A stretch of DNA of 64,000 nt from an uncultured bacterium (GTDB taxonomy: Bacteria; Patescibacteriota; Minisyncoccia; Phycocordibacterales; Phycocordibacteraceae). Positions 46,612 through 56,291 of the stretch are shown piece by piece. Position 1 is the stretch's first letter. Each line of letters opens with the position of its first letter. The notes beneath the pieces were generated by a model, which was given only the letters and a program-made list of their open reading frames with translations, had not been told where the DNA came from and searched no databases. The stretch covers positions 23,178 through 87,177 of the forward strand of contig CAIJZI010000007.1 in assembly GCA_903825105.1 (NCBI GenBank), read 5' to 3'. A program made the position numbers and the translations under genes.

Positions 46612-47022
46612 CTACTCTAACACATCGGGAACTTCGGGCACAGTCTCCTTCAACTGGTCTTTAAAATCAGAAAGGGTCTTCACAAACTCGCGGGCATTCT
46701 CCCGCGTGCTCGTATCGACGGTCCGCTCCATACGGATGCGCTTGACGAGTCGCGTGAGGAATCGCTCGGCAGAGCGTACGATGGTCAGAGAAATATGCGC
46801 GACTGTGTGCATCACTTTTTGATAGATGCGATGAAGTTCTTCGCGCGCAAACGATTTAAAATCAACATTAACCAAAACAAATTCGATCTGTTCAACCTGT
46901 GCATCGAGCACTCCGCGTTTTTCTCCGAATACCCGCACACCCCGGCGTTCCTCATAATTAGTGAGAACAAAGAATCCTGCGAGAAGCACAAGTGTTATTA
47001 CAACGAAAATAAGGTGCCCCAT
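46612..47022 (-). CDS. hypothetical membrane-anchored protein
   Basis: N-terminal TM; ORF only. Confidence 0.3.
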   Translation of the reverse strand: MGHLIFVVITLVLLAGFFVLTNYEERRGVRVFGEKRGVLDAQVEQIEFVLVNVDFKSFAREELHRIYQKVMHTVAHISLTIVRSAERFLTRLVKRIRMERTVDTSTRENAREFVKTLSDFKDQLKETVPEVPDVLE

Positions 47023-47028
47023 AATCTG

Positions 47029-47610
47029 CTAGCGCAGAGAGATGCGAGCGAACTGGCTTACTTCTACGCGTTCGCCGAACTTCTGTGTTGCTTCGTTCAC
47101 GAGATCGCGGACCTTCTTTGATTCATCTCGAATAAAAGGCTGATCGAGAAGCACCTGCTCTTGGAAGTAGCTCGCGAGTTTCCCTTCCATAATCTTTTCT
47201 CGCATCTCGACAGGCTTTCCTTCAACTTCTTTTTCAAAAACGGTAACGGCTGCCTGCTTCACTTCTCTTGGAATTTCATCGGCTGTTGTATATTTTGGGC
47301 TGGTCGCTGCGACCTGCATCGCGATCAAGCGCGCGAGTTCTCCGAACTCTGGGTTCTTCGAGACGAAGTCGGTCTCAGTCGAGAGAAGTACCATCGCGCC
47401 GATAACGCCTTCGTGTGTATAGACTCCTATCGTCCCCGCCTTAAGCGTTCTCTCTGCCTTCTTTTCAGCGGCTTCTGCTGAACGCTTCTTGAGAATGACT
47501 TCAGCCTGTGCGAGGTCGCCGTTTGCCTCTTCGAGAGCTTTTTTACACTGCATTACCGACACGCTCGTCTTCTCTCGGAGTTCTTTTATTTGTTCAGTAG
47601 TAATTTCCAT
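47029..47610 (-). CDS. tsf: elongation factor Ts
   Basis: UBA-like N-terminus ..EQIKELREKTSVSVMQCKKALEEANGDLAQA.. Confidence 0.9.
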   Translation of the reverse strand: MEITTEQIKELREKTSVSVMQCKKALEEANGDLAQAEVILKKRSAEAAEKKAERTLKAGTIGVYTHEGVIGAMVLLSTETDFVSKNPEFGELARLIAMQVAATSPKYTTADEIPREVKQAAVTVFEKEVEGKPVEMREKIMEGKLASYFQEQVLLDQPFIRDESKKVRDLVNEATQKFGERVEVSQFARISLR

Positions 47611-47638
47611 AGTAATTAAATTATAACACGCGGATGTT

Positions 47639-47683
47639 TGGATTTCGTCATCCCATCACTAATGATGGGTTTACGAAATCCAT
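47639..47683. repeat. palindromic element family A, intergenic copy (imperfect)
   Basis: GGATTTCGTCATCCC-ATCACTAATGAT-GGGTTTACGAAATCC preceded by ATGTTTGG as in the coding copies. Confidence 0.7.
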
Positions 47684-47690
47684 CACATTC

Positions 47691-48389
47691 CTACGATGTT
47701 TGGCCTTTTTTAAATGCTGAAGTAAGTTCAGCGAGAATAAGCTTCACTGTATCGCGAGATGCATCATTCGCGACAATCGGATACTGCGCATCGCGCACAT
47801 CGCAGTCAGAGCTCATAAGAGCGATGACTGGGATACCTGCGTCCTTCGCTTCCTTTACCGCGTATTTCTCGTGTTTCGAGTCAATAACGAGAAGAGCGTC
47901 AGGGCGCTTCGCGAGTGTCGTGATCCCATCGAGGCGCTGCTCGAGTCGTTTCTTCTCGCGATCGAGATACACGAGTTCAAGCTTTGTATGCTGTTTTGCT
48001 CGAATGCCTGCAGCAGACTTTTCAGAGAGTTCTGCGAGACGATCGATACGCTTCTTAATTTCTACCCAGTTCGAGATCGTCCCACCGAGCCAACGAGTCG
48101 CGACATAAGGAGCGGCGATTTCTTGAGCAGCCTTTTTAACCAGGTCGGCTATTTCGACTTTTCCACCAACAAAAAGCACTGTTTTCCCTTCTTTTGCGAG
48201 AGTAGACATTACTGCCTTCGCCGCGTCGAGCTGTTCGGCGGTTTGTACCAAATCGATGATTTCACTGCGGCCCTTGGTACCCATGACAAAAGGCTTCATC
48301 GACGGGTGTCGACGGCTTTTTACCTGCGCGAAATGAGCCCCTGCGCCAAAGAGGTTTTTTAATTCTGCCGAATCAGTTACTGATGTCAT
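47691..48389 (-). CDS. rpsB: 30S ribosomal protein S2
   Basis: conserved S2 N-terminal and central motifs; upstream of tsf. Confidence 0.9.
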   Translation of the reverse strand: MTSVTDSAELKNLFGAGAHFAQVKSRRHPSMKPFVMGTKGRSEIIDLVQTAEQLDAAKAVMSTLAKEGKTVLFVGGKVEIADLVKKAAQEIAAPYVATRWLGGTISNWVEIKKRIDRLAELSEKSAAGIRAKQHTKLELVYLDREKKRLEQRLDGITTLAKRPDALLVIDSKHEKYAVKEAKDAGIPVIALMSSDCDVRDAQYPIVANDASRDTVKLILAELTSAFKKGQTS

Positions 48390-49189
48390 TCCGATACTTT
48401 ACCTGAATCTTCGAGACTCTGCAACTGTATCTCTTCGATTATGTCGTCGATGCCCCCGGCTACGATCTTCGGCAGATTGTGCCACGACTTCTGTATCCGG
48501 TGATCAGTCACGCGATCTTGGAGGTAGTTATAGGTGCGAATTTTCTCTGACCGGTCTCCGGTGCCTATTTGTGCCTTCCGATTCGCCGCATGCTCCTTAG
48601 CCTCTTTTTCTTCCTGAAGCTGTTCGAGCTTCGCGGAGAGAATCTGCATCGCCTTCTCGCGGTTCGAGAGTTGACTCCGCTCGGAGGACGAGCGTACTTC
48701 GATGCCGGTAGGGATATGGACGAGCCGGACAGCCGTCTCAACCTTGTTCACATTCTGTCCGCCGGCGCCGCCGCTTCTCGAGAATTCCATCTTGAGATCT
48801 GCTGGATTTATTTCCATTTTTGACTTCGTACGAATCGGCAATACGGCAATCGAAGCAGTTGAGGTGTGGACTCTCCCCGATTTTTCGGTAAGGGGCACGC
48901 GTTGGACACGATGTACACCTGTCTCATAACGGAGTGCATCGTATGCGTCGGGGCTAGAAATTTCTATGGTTAAATCGTCGAGAACGCGCGTCTTCCAGCC
49001 GCGGTGTTCGGCATACTTCTGATACATTTCTTTTAAATCTCGTGCGAAGATAGCGGCCTCAGAGCCGCCCGCGCCGGCGCGCAGCTCCATCACCACAGAA
49101 CTCGGACGATCGTCCGATTGCTCTTCTGCTTTACCTTGTGCACCGTATTTTAAATATTCTGCGTAGTCCATATATTTATTAAAGCACAA
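48386..49189 (-). CDS. prfA: class I peptide chain release factor, RF1-like (PxT), short form lacking N-terminal domain 1
   Basis: GGQ ([11 protein letters not shown]), RVQRVPLTE (PxT-type), aligns to E. coli RF1 from ~residue 110; only 267 aa. Confidence 0.7.
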   Translation of the reverse strand: MCFNKYMDYAEYLKYGAQGKAEEQSDDRPSSVVMELRAGAGGSEAAIFARDLKEMYQKYAEHRGWKTRVLDDLTIEISSPDAYDALRYETGVHRVQRVPLTEKSGRVHTSTASIAVLPIRTKSKMEINPADLKMEFSRSGGAGGQNVNKVETAVRLVHIPTGIEVRSSSERSQLSNREKAMQILSAKLEQLQEEKEAKEHAANRKAQIGTGDRSEKIRTYNYLQDRVTDHRIQKSWHNLPKIVAGGIDDIIEEIQLQSLEDSGKVSE

Positions 49190-49195
49190 AATTCG

Positions 49196-49256
49196 AATAT
49201 CGAAATACGAAACAAATCCAAATTTATTTCGGATTTCGTGCTTCGTACTTCGAATT
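49196..49256. repeat. degenerate family-A-like imperfect palindrome in rpmE-prf intergenic region
   Basis: ACGAAACAAATCCAAAT..ATTTCGGATTTCGT. Confidence 0.35.
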
Positions 49257-49501
49257 TACTTCTTCTGTGCAGCACGCTTCTTGAAGCGTTCGACGCGACC
49301 GGTCTTGTCGAGCATACGGTCTTCACCAGTATAAAACGGGTGTGACTTACTCGAGATTTCTACCGTTACCTTTGGGTATTCTTTACCTTCAAACTTTGTC
49401 GTCTCATTGGTCACCATTGTTGAACCAATCAGAAACTGCCCGCCAGAGGCGAGATCTTCAAAAACGACGGGTCGATACCCTTCTGGGTGAATTTCCTTTT
49501 T
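49256..49501 (-). CDS. rpmE: 50S ribosomal protein L31 (type B, no zinc motif)
   Basis: [27 protein letters not shown]. Confidence 0.8.
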   Translation of the reverse strand, partial: KKEIHPEGYRPVVFEDLASGGQFLIGSTMVTNETTKFEGKEYPKVTVEISSKSHPFYTGEDRMLDKTGRVERFKKRAAQKK

Positions 49502-49570
49502 CATTCCACAGATACTACCATGCCACTTCGCCAAGTACAAATTCACTTGGCTTCGCGGCACGCAGCACTC

Positions 49571-51760
49571 TTAGAATTCTTGGAATGCAGGGATGATGTT
49601 TACGGTGACTGATTTTACGGCAGTCGTACCTGAATTAGTACTACAGTCAATAGTAAAGGTAGACTGACTATTTATCGTAGCTGTGTACCCACTACTCTTT
49701 GAGAAGTTGCCATTAAAATCAGCGGCCCCGCTCGCGAGTGTGTTACCAGACGAGTCTTTCACCTGACAAGAGCTCACATTAACTGCCTTCCACGAGATTA
49801 TTGATGTCCCGCCACTTTGAACACGCGCAGGATCTGCACTAATCGAAACACTTGGAGAAATAACCGTAACCGTAGCAAAGGCCGGAGTAGAAGTGGCTCC
49901 TTGTGCATTGGCACAAACCACTTGATAATTCTGCGGGCCGACGGTATTCAACTTACCTGTCGAGACATTCCCTGAAGCCGCGCCGCTCGTAGAAAATCCT
50001 GTGCCAGTACAACGCGTCGCACCAGTAGAACTCCAGCGTAGCGTTGTCGAGTAACCCTGATCAACGGTAGAAGAATCTGCAGAAAGCGTCGCGGTCGGGG
50101 CTGGATTGGTACTACAAGCCGGCGGATTCGTCGCTCCATTGTTACAAGTAATTGGCGGGGCACAAAGCGGGTTTGTTGGGCTCCCTCCACAGCCCGTACA
50201 TCCGGTGCCACCGCACGGCGAACAAGTGCCATTCACATATGCTTGATTATTCGGACACTGCGACACGGTAGTACAAGCACTCCCGTCCCAAGTCAGGCCA
50301 GAAGGACAGACGACAGGGCCAACATCCATAGCGACATTAAGCGGTGTACAGCGAGTAGAGAGCGGGCGAGGATCGACTTGTCCATAAATATCAGCGCAGA
50401 AGGCAATGAGGTTTGTCCCTGTAGGCAGACCTCCTGTCGATCCTGTTGGGCTGTATGCATTAATTCGTATTGTTGTGCCCGAATCTACTGTGCTATTAGC
50501 CGCTATTCCAGTAAAATCAGCCATAGCAGACACACCGGTAGAAGGTACTACCGAGTTTAAATCCCAGCTATTTATCCAAGCGTCGCTCGCAGGATCGCCC
50601 TTTTTTAAGACAGGGGGGTAACTAGTTATACCGTTATTTTTACCAACATCTACGAAATAGGCATTTGTGAACGAAGCCTTGGTTTCTACGCCTGAATTGG
50701 TTATTGGTGTTGATAGTTTAAGAGGCTCTCCTGCCGACGGGGCAGTCTGTGCGTATGTCTCTGGCGAGATAATTGATCGAACGAGGTTCATTCCTTTTTC
50801 AAAGAGCTCCGCATACCACGCGAGATGAGATGGCTTATCGAGAACAGCGACATTTTGAGCACTCATAGAACCAACAATAAGAATGGGATATAAAGGATCG
50901 AATTTAATATCGAATTCGGTTGTTGATCCCGCTAATAGAGTCTGTACCAAAGCCGGGTAAACATCAACTGCTAAAGCGGATGGGCCAAAAATATTTTTTA
51001 TAAATGCGAGAATAGGATCTTGTCTAACACTTCTTTCAGAAGGAACGATCTTTATTGAATTTATTGTATAACCTGAAGGGGCTATAATACTTTGTAAGGG
51101 TATGCTATATGGACCCGCTTGTTGATTCGTATAGGTCGTCGAGGTGCCCGTCCCTTGTAGATCGACCATAGTGGTCGTATTTGGTATTGTAGGACCAATA
51201 ATCTCCCATGTGGAACTGACTGGTGCTCCCGTCGCTGAATCTGTCGAGGTGACGACGACCGTACCCGTTGATGGAGTTGGCGTTTGAGCGCGACTTATAG
51301 TGAATGTCTGACTCGTAGAAGATTCGCCATCAGAAACAGTTATTGTATAGGTGCCATTTGACAGAGACGAAACATCTAGATTGAGAGAAAAATTATTTGA
51401 GAAAGGACTGCAGGAACCGCCTGTATTAAATCCATTGCAGTTCATATATTCATTACAACTTTCTCCTGTGCCATCTGTGTTCGTACTCCCCGACAAACTG
51501 CTCGAACCGGTGATATCCCAATCAACCGACATTATTTCTAATGAAAGTTCAGTATATCCTTGCCGTAAACATTTATTGAAATAGACTCCGCTTGTAGTGC
51601 TGCCAGTCGCTGTAAGTGTTGATTGTGTAGAATCTAGCGCGGGACTACTTAAGGTAATGCTCCCGGGCCTATTTTGAGGCAGGGATATTGCATGCGCCAC
51701 TACCGTCGGGATGAAACAAAAAACTGTGGTCAATACTATGATTCCAAAATATTTTTTCAT
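49571..51760 (-). CDS. large secreted Ser/Thr/Gly/Cys-rich surface protein with tandem Ig-like repeats
   Basis: signal peptide; C-terminal ~80-aa repeats (..ATLSADSSTVDQGYSTTLRWSSTG.. / ..VSISADPARVQSGGTSIISWKAVN..). Confidence 0.55.
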   Translation of the reverse strand: MKKYFGIIVLTTVFCFIPTVVAHAISLPQNRPGSITLSSPALDSTQSTLTATGSTTSGVYFNKCLRQGYTELSLEIMSVDWDITGSSSLSGSTNTDGTGESCNEYMNCNGFNTGGSCSPFSNNFSLNLDVSSLSNGTYTITVSDGESSTSQTFTISRAQTPTPSTGTVVVTSTDSATGAPVSSTWEIIGPTIPNTTTMVDLQGTGTSTTYTNQQAGPYSIPLQSIIAPSGYTINSIKIVPSERSVRQDPILAFIKNIFGPSALAVDVYPALVQTLLAGSTTEFDIKFDPLYPILIVGSMSAQNVAVLDKPSHLAWYAELFEKGMNLVRSIISPETYAQTAPSAGEPLKLSTPITNSGVETKASFTNAYFVDVGKNNGITSYPPVLKKGDPASDAWINSWDLNSVVPSTGVSAMADFTGIAANSTVDSGTTIRINAYSPTGSTGGLPTGTNLIAFCADIYGQVDPRPLSTRCTPLNVAMDVGPVVCPSGLTWDGSACTTVSQCPNNQAYVNGTCSPCGGTGCTGCGGSPTNPLCAPPITCNNGATNPPACSTNPAPTATLSADSSTVDQGYSTTLRWSSTGATRCTGTGFSTSGAASGNVSTGKLNTVGPQNYQVVCANAQGATSTPAFATVTVISPSVSISADPARVQSGGTSIISWKAVNVSSCQVKDSSGNTLASGAADFNGNFSKSSGYTATINSQSTFTIDCSTNSGTTAVKSVTVNIIPAFQEF

Positions 51761-51761
51761 A

Positions 51762-52217
51762 TTATTTAACTACGACGGTTATGATTATGTGCGAGCCTTT
51801 ATCTCTTGTACTCACAACCACTTGGAGCTGTTCCGTACCTTTTGTAGCATTTAAGGCATCGAACATCGGGCGTGTCGTGAGCGTGCTGGTAATCGTCCAG
51901 CCATTTTTTGAGAGATAAGACTGGTAGTCGGCGAAGAGCGCTTTAACCGTATTCGAAGAATCGTATTCGGCGGTGTATTGATTCAATGTTGGAGAATAAT
52001 TAATAGCGTAGCTATTATTCACTGCGACGGTCGTGTCGAGAATGAGCTCTTTGGGGAACTGCGGCGTGAGCTGGCCCTTCGGCGCATAGACTGGCTTCCC
52101 TACTTCAGAATTTTTTGGATAAAACTTCCAGACCAAAATTCCTGCAACTGCGATTATTATAATAATTATGACTAGCGCGAGAATAGGCCGCGCGACAGAG
52201 CGTTTATTTTTCTTCAT
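51762..52217 (-). CDS. hypothetical membrane-anchored protein
   Basis: N-terminal TM (ILALVIIIIIIAVAGILVW). Confidence 0.4.
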   Translation of the reverse strand: MKKNKRSVARPILALVIIIIIIAVAGILVWKFYPKNSEVGKPVYAPKGQLTPQFPKELILDTTVAVNNSYAINYSPTLNQYTAEYDSSNTVKALFADYQSYLSKNGWTITSTLTTRPMFDALNATKGTEQLQVVVSTRDKGSHIIITVVVK

Positions 52218-52358
52218 AGGTTAATGATAGCAGACGCGCGAGCGATAAAGAGTGTATAAAAATCTAAAAGTGGAAATCTGAATTTATGTATTTAGATTTT
52301 TCGAATAGAAAACGCCCCTCGATTGCTCGAGGGGCGTTGAAAGAACAACAATTAAAAA

Positions 52359-54149
52359 CTAGCCTTTGCCGCCGATGAGCGGAAAACATGCGGTTCCGTC
52401 AGACGGACAGGCCCAGAAGTCCATACTCCCGCCGTCTGCAGGTACTGCCGGTGCAATTGCGGGGAGGAACGGTATCCCCGGTGTTACCACATTGGCGCTG
52501 CTATCAGAGAGCTTCACTTCCGTGAAGTCCCCGCTATCGTTGCCAATTATGATAACTGTCCCTAAAGCGATCGCGCTGACCGGTTTTTCCCCGGGAGGCA
52601 GTGCGATTACCCCATGGTTGCCGTATGCCGCCACTGGTTTCAAATCGTTCTGACTCAAGACATTGGCGATGTTATCGCCATACGAGATGAGCACGAGGAC
52701 TCCCAAAGAGTCGACTGGGAGGATCTCTGTCCCCTTCGGTGCACCGGCTGTTATGCCGGTGACAGACTGCGACAGAACGAGATTGCAGTTGGTGTCCGAT
52801 TTGGTAAGTGTTAGCCCGCTCGCGTCGAAGACATAGCCGAAGGTATTGCCCCCGACAGTCCCGACACCAAGGGACTGGTTGTTTGTCCCGGCGTTGAGTG
52901 TGTATATCGGATTGGTTGAATTCGGCCCCCCAAGCCAAGAGGTACAGTTTACCGTGTTTTTAGTGATGTACAAAAGTTGGCCATTTCCGGCCTTCACCCC
53001 TACCTTTGTACCAGGATCTCCGCCGCCGCCCATACTAGGGGCGTTAAGAGGGCTCGTGCAGGTAGCGGGATCGATTGGGCTAGGCCCATTCGAAAACCAC
53101 CCCGTCGTACTGTCTGCGGCGATCGCCGCGACCGCGGGCCCAAGGAAGCAGTGCACGCCATTGGGCACTCCTGTTACGGGAGAAAATTCGTCAACATAGC
53201 CCGGCCTTGGTACACCATTGAGCATGTTCTGCCCGGGGATCCTTTCCGCCGAATTCAGCCGAAGCTTTATCCCGGATGGGACAACGACAGCTGGGTTCGG
53301 CCCGTAGAGACCAAACTTAACGGTTGCTGAACACCCGGTCAGATCGGCCGTAAGACAAATCTTGCAGTAACGATTGTCAAAGCCCATATGGCTTTGATCA
53401 AAAGCAAATGCTACCGTCACTTGCGTTGACGAATCCAGCGTAACAGCCATTATGTTGGTGTTTGTTGTACAGCTTAATGTCTGCGAGCCAGCAAATCCTG
53501 ACCCACTAAACACTGCATTCACGGACCCCTGGCCAATGAGCCAGAAAGGTCCGTTGATTGCGGTGAGTGTCGGCGTGACAAGAACCGTCACACTGACCGT
53601 AGCCGTCGTGTAGTTGGCGGTATCCGTCGGGGTGAAGGTCACGCTTTCAGAAACCGATGCTCCGGCGGCGGGGATGGTGCTTGGCGCGGCCCAGGCGAAT
53701 GTGCCCGGCACCGAAGCCACGCCGCCCGAGAGCGTTGACGAGGCGAGTGTTTGACCACTCGTGATCGCCGTCGCAGTCGGGGGCGTCGTAATTGTTGGTG
53801 TTGCTTTGTTTACTGTCAGCTGCACACTTCCACTAGCAGTGTTGTAGTTTGCAGTGTCCGCCGCCGAAGGAGTGAATACCACCGAGAGCGTCTGCGTTCC
53901 CGCCGCGAGCACGGTGCCCGAGGCCGGAGTGTAGACGAAGCTTCCGCCGGCGATGCTCGCTGTCGCGTTCAACTGCGTTGAGCTCAGCGCGATGCCATAG
54001 GTTATGGCGGCCGGCGTAGCCCAGGTGATGGTCGGGGTTGTTTTCGAGGGCGGGGTGTACCCGCCACTAGTCCCTTTACCGCCGCACCCGGAAAGGGTGG
54101 CGGCGAGGAGGACGACGAAGCAAAAAGCAAAAAACCGATTCTTTTTCAT
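52359..54149 (-). CDS. surface lipoprotein with Ig-like/MBG-like repeats
   Basis: lipobox LLAATLSGCGG; repeated ..TPTITWATPAAITYGIALSSTQLNAT..YTP..GTQTLSVVFTPSAADTANY.. units. Confidence 0.5.
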   Translation of the reverse strand: MKKNRFFAFCFVVLLAATLSGCGGKGTSGGYTPPSKTTPTITWATPAAITYGIALSSTQLNATASIAGGSFVYTPASGTVLAAGTQTLSVVFTPSAADTANYNTASGSVQLTVNKATPTITTPPTATAITSGQTLASSTLSGGVASVPGTFAWAAPSTIPAAGASVSESVTFTPTDTANYTTATVSVTVLVTPTLTAINGPFWLIGQGSVNAVFSGSGFAGSQTLSCTTNTNIMAVTLDSSTQVTVAFAFDQSHMGFDNRYCKICLTADLTGCSATVKFGLYGPNPAVVVPSGIKLRLNSAERIPGQNMLNGVPRPGYVDEFSPVTGVPNGVHCFLGPAVAAIAADSTTGWFSNGPSPIDPATCTSPLNAPSMGGGGDPGTKVGVKAGNGQLLYITKNTVNCTSWLGGPNSTNPIYTLNAGTNNQSLGVGTVGGNTFGYVFDASGLTLTKSDTNCNLVLSQSVTGITAGAPKGTEILPVDSLGVLVLISYGDNIANVLSQNDLKPVAAYGNHGVIALPPGEKPVSAIALGTVIIIGNDSGDFTEVKLSDSSANVVTPGIPFLPAIAPAVPADGGSMDFWACPSDGTACFPLIGGKG

Positions 54150-54254
54150 TTTAGTACCCTCTCCTGACACGGTGCTTTACTCGCCACCAATGTCAAAGAA
54201 CTGTTGATTCCCGTTTATTAATATACCCCTTAATACCTCTATTTGTCAAGGCTT

Positions 54255-55607
54255 TTATGACCCGCTTAAAATGTCAATTTCATCTTGGAAGTCGGCTGCG
54301 AAGCGCATCACGCTATCGCCGTAGGGCGCGAATGCGGGGTTGGTGTAGTAGCTACCGGCAAAATATTTCAAAGCTGCGTTTCTTTCTGCAGTCGCTGTTT
54401 GTTTCCCTGCTCCAATATCAGTCATATAGAGCGCGATGGCGGTAAAAGCATCGAGATTGTTCCAAGGATTTGCCTGAACGCCAGAATGCCCAGCTAGTTT
54501 TGCTATACGATTCTGATACATCACCCAAGTTGATGGGATAAATTGTGCTGGGCCCATCGCGCCACCATAGCCAGTCGATTGTGGACAAGAAACGGGCATC
54601 GAATACGGGTCGAGCCCGAGCGCACTCGTTATATCCATAAAAGGGTCGACATCGCGCGAAGGCTTCATCACACGACTAAAGGGCGTGCCGGTATTTTTCC
54701 CTTTTCCATTACCTTTACTTGGAGAATTAGTGAGAAGACACTGCCCCACATTCGCGCCGAGATTCGTCTCTTGTTTCAAAATGCCGAGAATGAATGCTGG
54801 GCGAACCCCTGTCGCCGCGCCAGCCTGCTTCGCGAGAAGGATCGCCGAAGGAAGCGAGATTTGCCCCGCGCCACCGGCGAGATTAAATAATTCTGCGCGA
54901 ATCTGCCCTGCTGTTTTCTGATTATTCGCGATGAGTTTCTGGAAATTCGCTTCGATACCTTTTGTATCGGCGAGGAGTTTTTTCTTATCGGCTTCTTGTG
55001 TCTTCACCGACTGTTCTGCGACTTGTGCCACTTGTCGCAGTTGCTCTTGTTCTGCGAGCCTCGTTTGAAGAGCCTCCTTTTCTGCCTCTGTCGAAGAGCT
55101 CGTCGTCTTTATTTGGCTAAAAGAATCTGCGAGCGAGCTCTTTATAGAAGCGAATGCGTCGAGATCACTAAAGAAGTCTGAGACGCCCTGTGAGCCGAGC
55201 GCGACCGACACGGCAGAATAATTATCGATTACTTCTGTCTGGCGCAGTATCTGTGCGAGAGATTCTTTTTCTGCAGAGAGTTGGCTCGAGAGCGATGAGA
55301 GCGTCTTGTTGTGCGTACTAATATCTCCACTTAATTGTGTTATAGCTATAGTAATCGCTTTTATCTGGAGCTCGGCTTTATTAATTTCTGCATTAAAAGC
55401 ATTGATCTGCGTTTGAAGTGTTTGGTGCTGATTTTGTGCCTGATCCAATAAACCTTGTTGAACTGCGATTTGGCTCTCGAGCTGATCGAGCTGGCTTTGG
55501 AGTTGTTGTTGCCGATTCGCTACCGATTGAGAAATATCCTGTGCATACGCCCCGAACGGCATCGCCGCAAAAATGAATAGAGATAAACAAAAAATAAACC
55601 GGCGCAT
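54255..55607 (-). CDS. secreted MltB-like lytic transglycosylase with N-terminal Gln-rich coiled coil
   Basis: signal peptide; coiled coil; ..ILGILKQETNLG.. (catalytic Glu) and ..GAMGPAQFIPSTW.. MltB-type motif. Confidence 0.55.
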   Translation of the reverse strand: MRRFIFCLSLFIFAAMPFGAYAQDISQSVANRQQQLQSQLDQLESQIAVQQGLLDQAQNQHQTLQTQINAFNAEINKAELQIKAITIAITQLSGDISTHNKTLSSLSSQLSAEKESLAQILRQTEVIDNYSAVSVALGSQGVSDFFSDLDAFASIKSSLADSFSQIKTTSSSTEAEKEALQTRLAEQEQLRQVAQVAEQSVKTQEADKKKLLADTKGIEANFQKLIANNQKTAGQIRAELFNLAGGAGQISLPSAILLAKQAGAATGVRPAFILGILKQETNLGANVGQCLLTNSPSKGNGKGKNTGTPFSRVMKPSRDVDPFMDITSALGLDPYSMPVSCPQSTGYGGAMGPAQFIPSTWVMYQNRIAKLAGHSGVQANPWNNLDAFTAIALYMTDIGAGKQTATAERNAALKYFAGSYYTNPAFAPYGDSVMRFAADFQDEIDILSGS

Positions 55608-55640
55608 TACCGGTTCATTTTATCACAGCTTTGATTATTT

Positions 55641-56288
55641 TTAATTCGCTTCTGCTTCAGCACCTTCGGCATCCTCCGTTTTACCCTTCTTCTCGACTTC
55701 AATCGCAGACAAGTCTGCTGGAGCAACTTCTTCCACCTTCTCTTCGACTACTTCTTGTACAAGAGCGACGATCTCATCCGGATCTGCGACAAGAGTAACA
55801 CCAGACGGGAGCACGAGATCTGCTGTGCGAATTTTATCGCCAACTTTTTCTAGTACTGAAAGATTCACCTCGATATCGTGCGGGAGATTCATCGGATCAG
55901 CCTCCACCTCGAGTTCGTGAAGCACCTTCACCAAGTTCGCGCCAGATTCGACAGCAGCTGATTCGCCAACGAAATTAAGCGGGATCGCGACTTCGACTTT
56001 TTCACCCTTCGTAACCGCATAGAAATCTGCGTGTTCAGGAATATTTGTCATTGGGTCATACACTACTTCGTGGATGAGGGTCGGGAGCGATGCACCGATT
56101 CCTTCAAGCGAGACAATCGTCGCTTCGCCAGCTTCGTGAAGAATCTTGCTGAATTCTTTTGCAGAAATAACAATCGGCGTCGCTTCGTGGTGCGCACCAT
56201 ACACAACAGCTGGGATAAAGCCGTCACGACGCAGCTGTGCTGCGGTTGCACCATCTTCTGCGCGCTTTTCAACTTTGAGTGTAAGCAT
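55641..56288 (-). CDS. rplY: 50S ribosomal protein L25/general stress protein Ctc
   Basis: N-terminal L25 domain plus acidic C-terminal tail. Confidence 0.85.
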   Translation of the reverse strand: MLTLKVEKRAEDGATAAQLRRDGFIPAVVYGAHHEATPIVISAKEFSKILHEAGEATIVSLEGIGASLPTLIHEVVYDPMTNIPEHADFYAVTKGEKVEVAIPLNFVGESAAVESGANLVKVLHELEVEADPMNLPHDIEVNLSVLEKVGDKIRTADLVLPSGVTLVADPDEIVALVQEVVEEKVEEVAPADLSAIEVEKKGKTEDAEGAEAEAN

Positions 56289-56291
56289 ATC

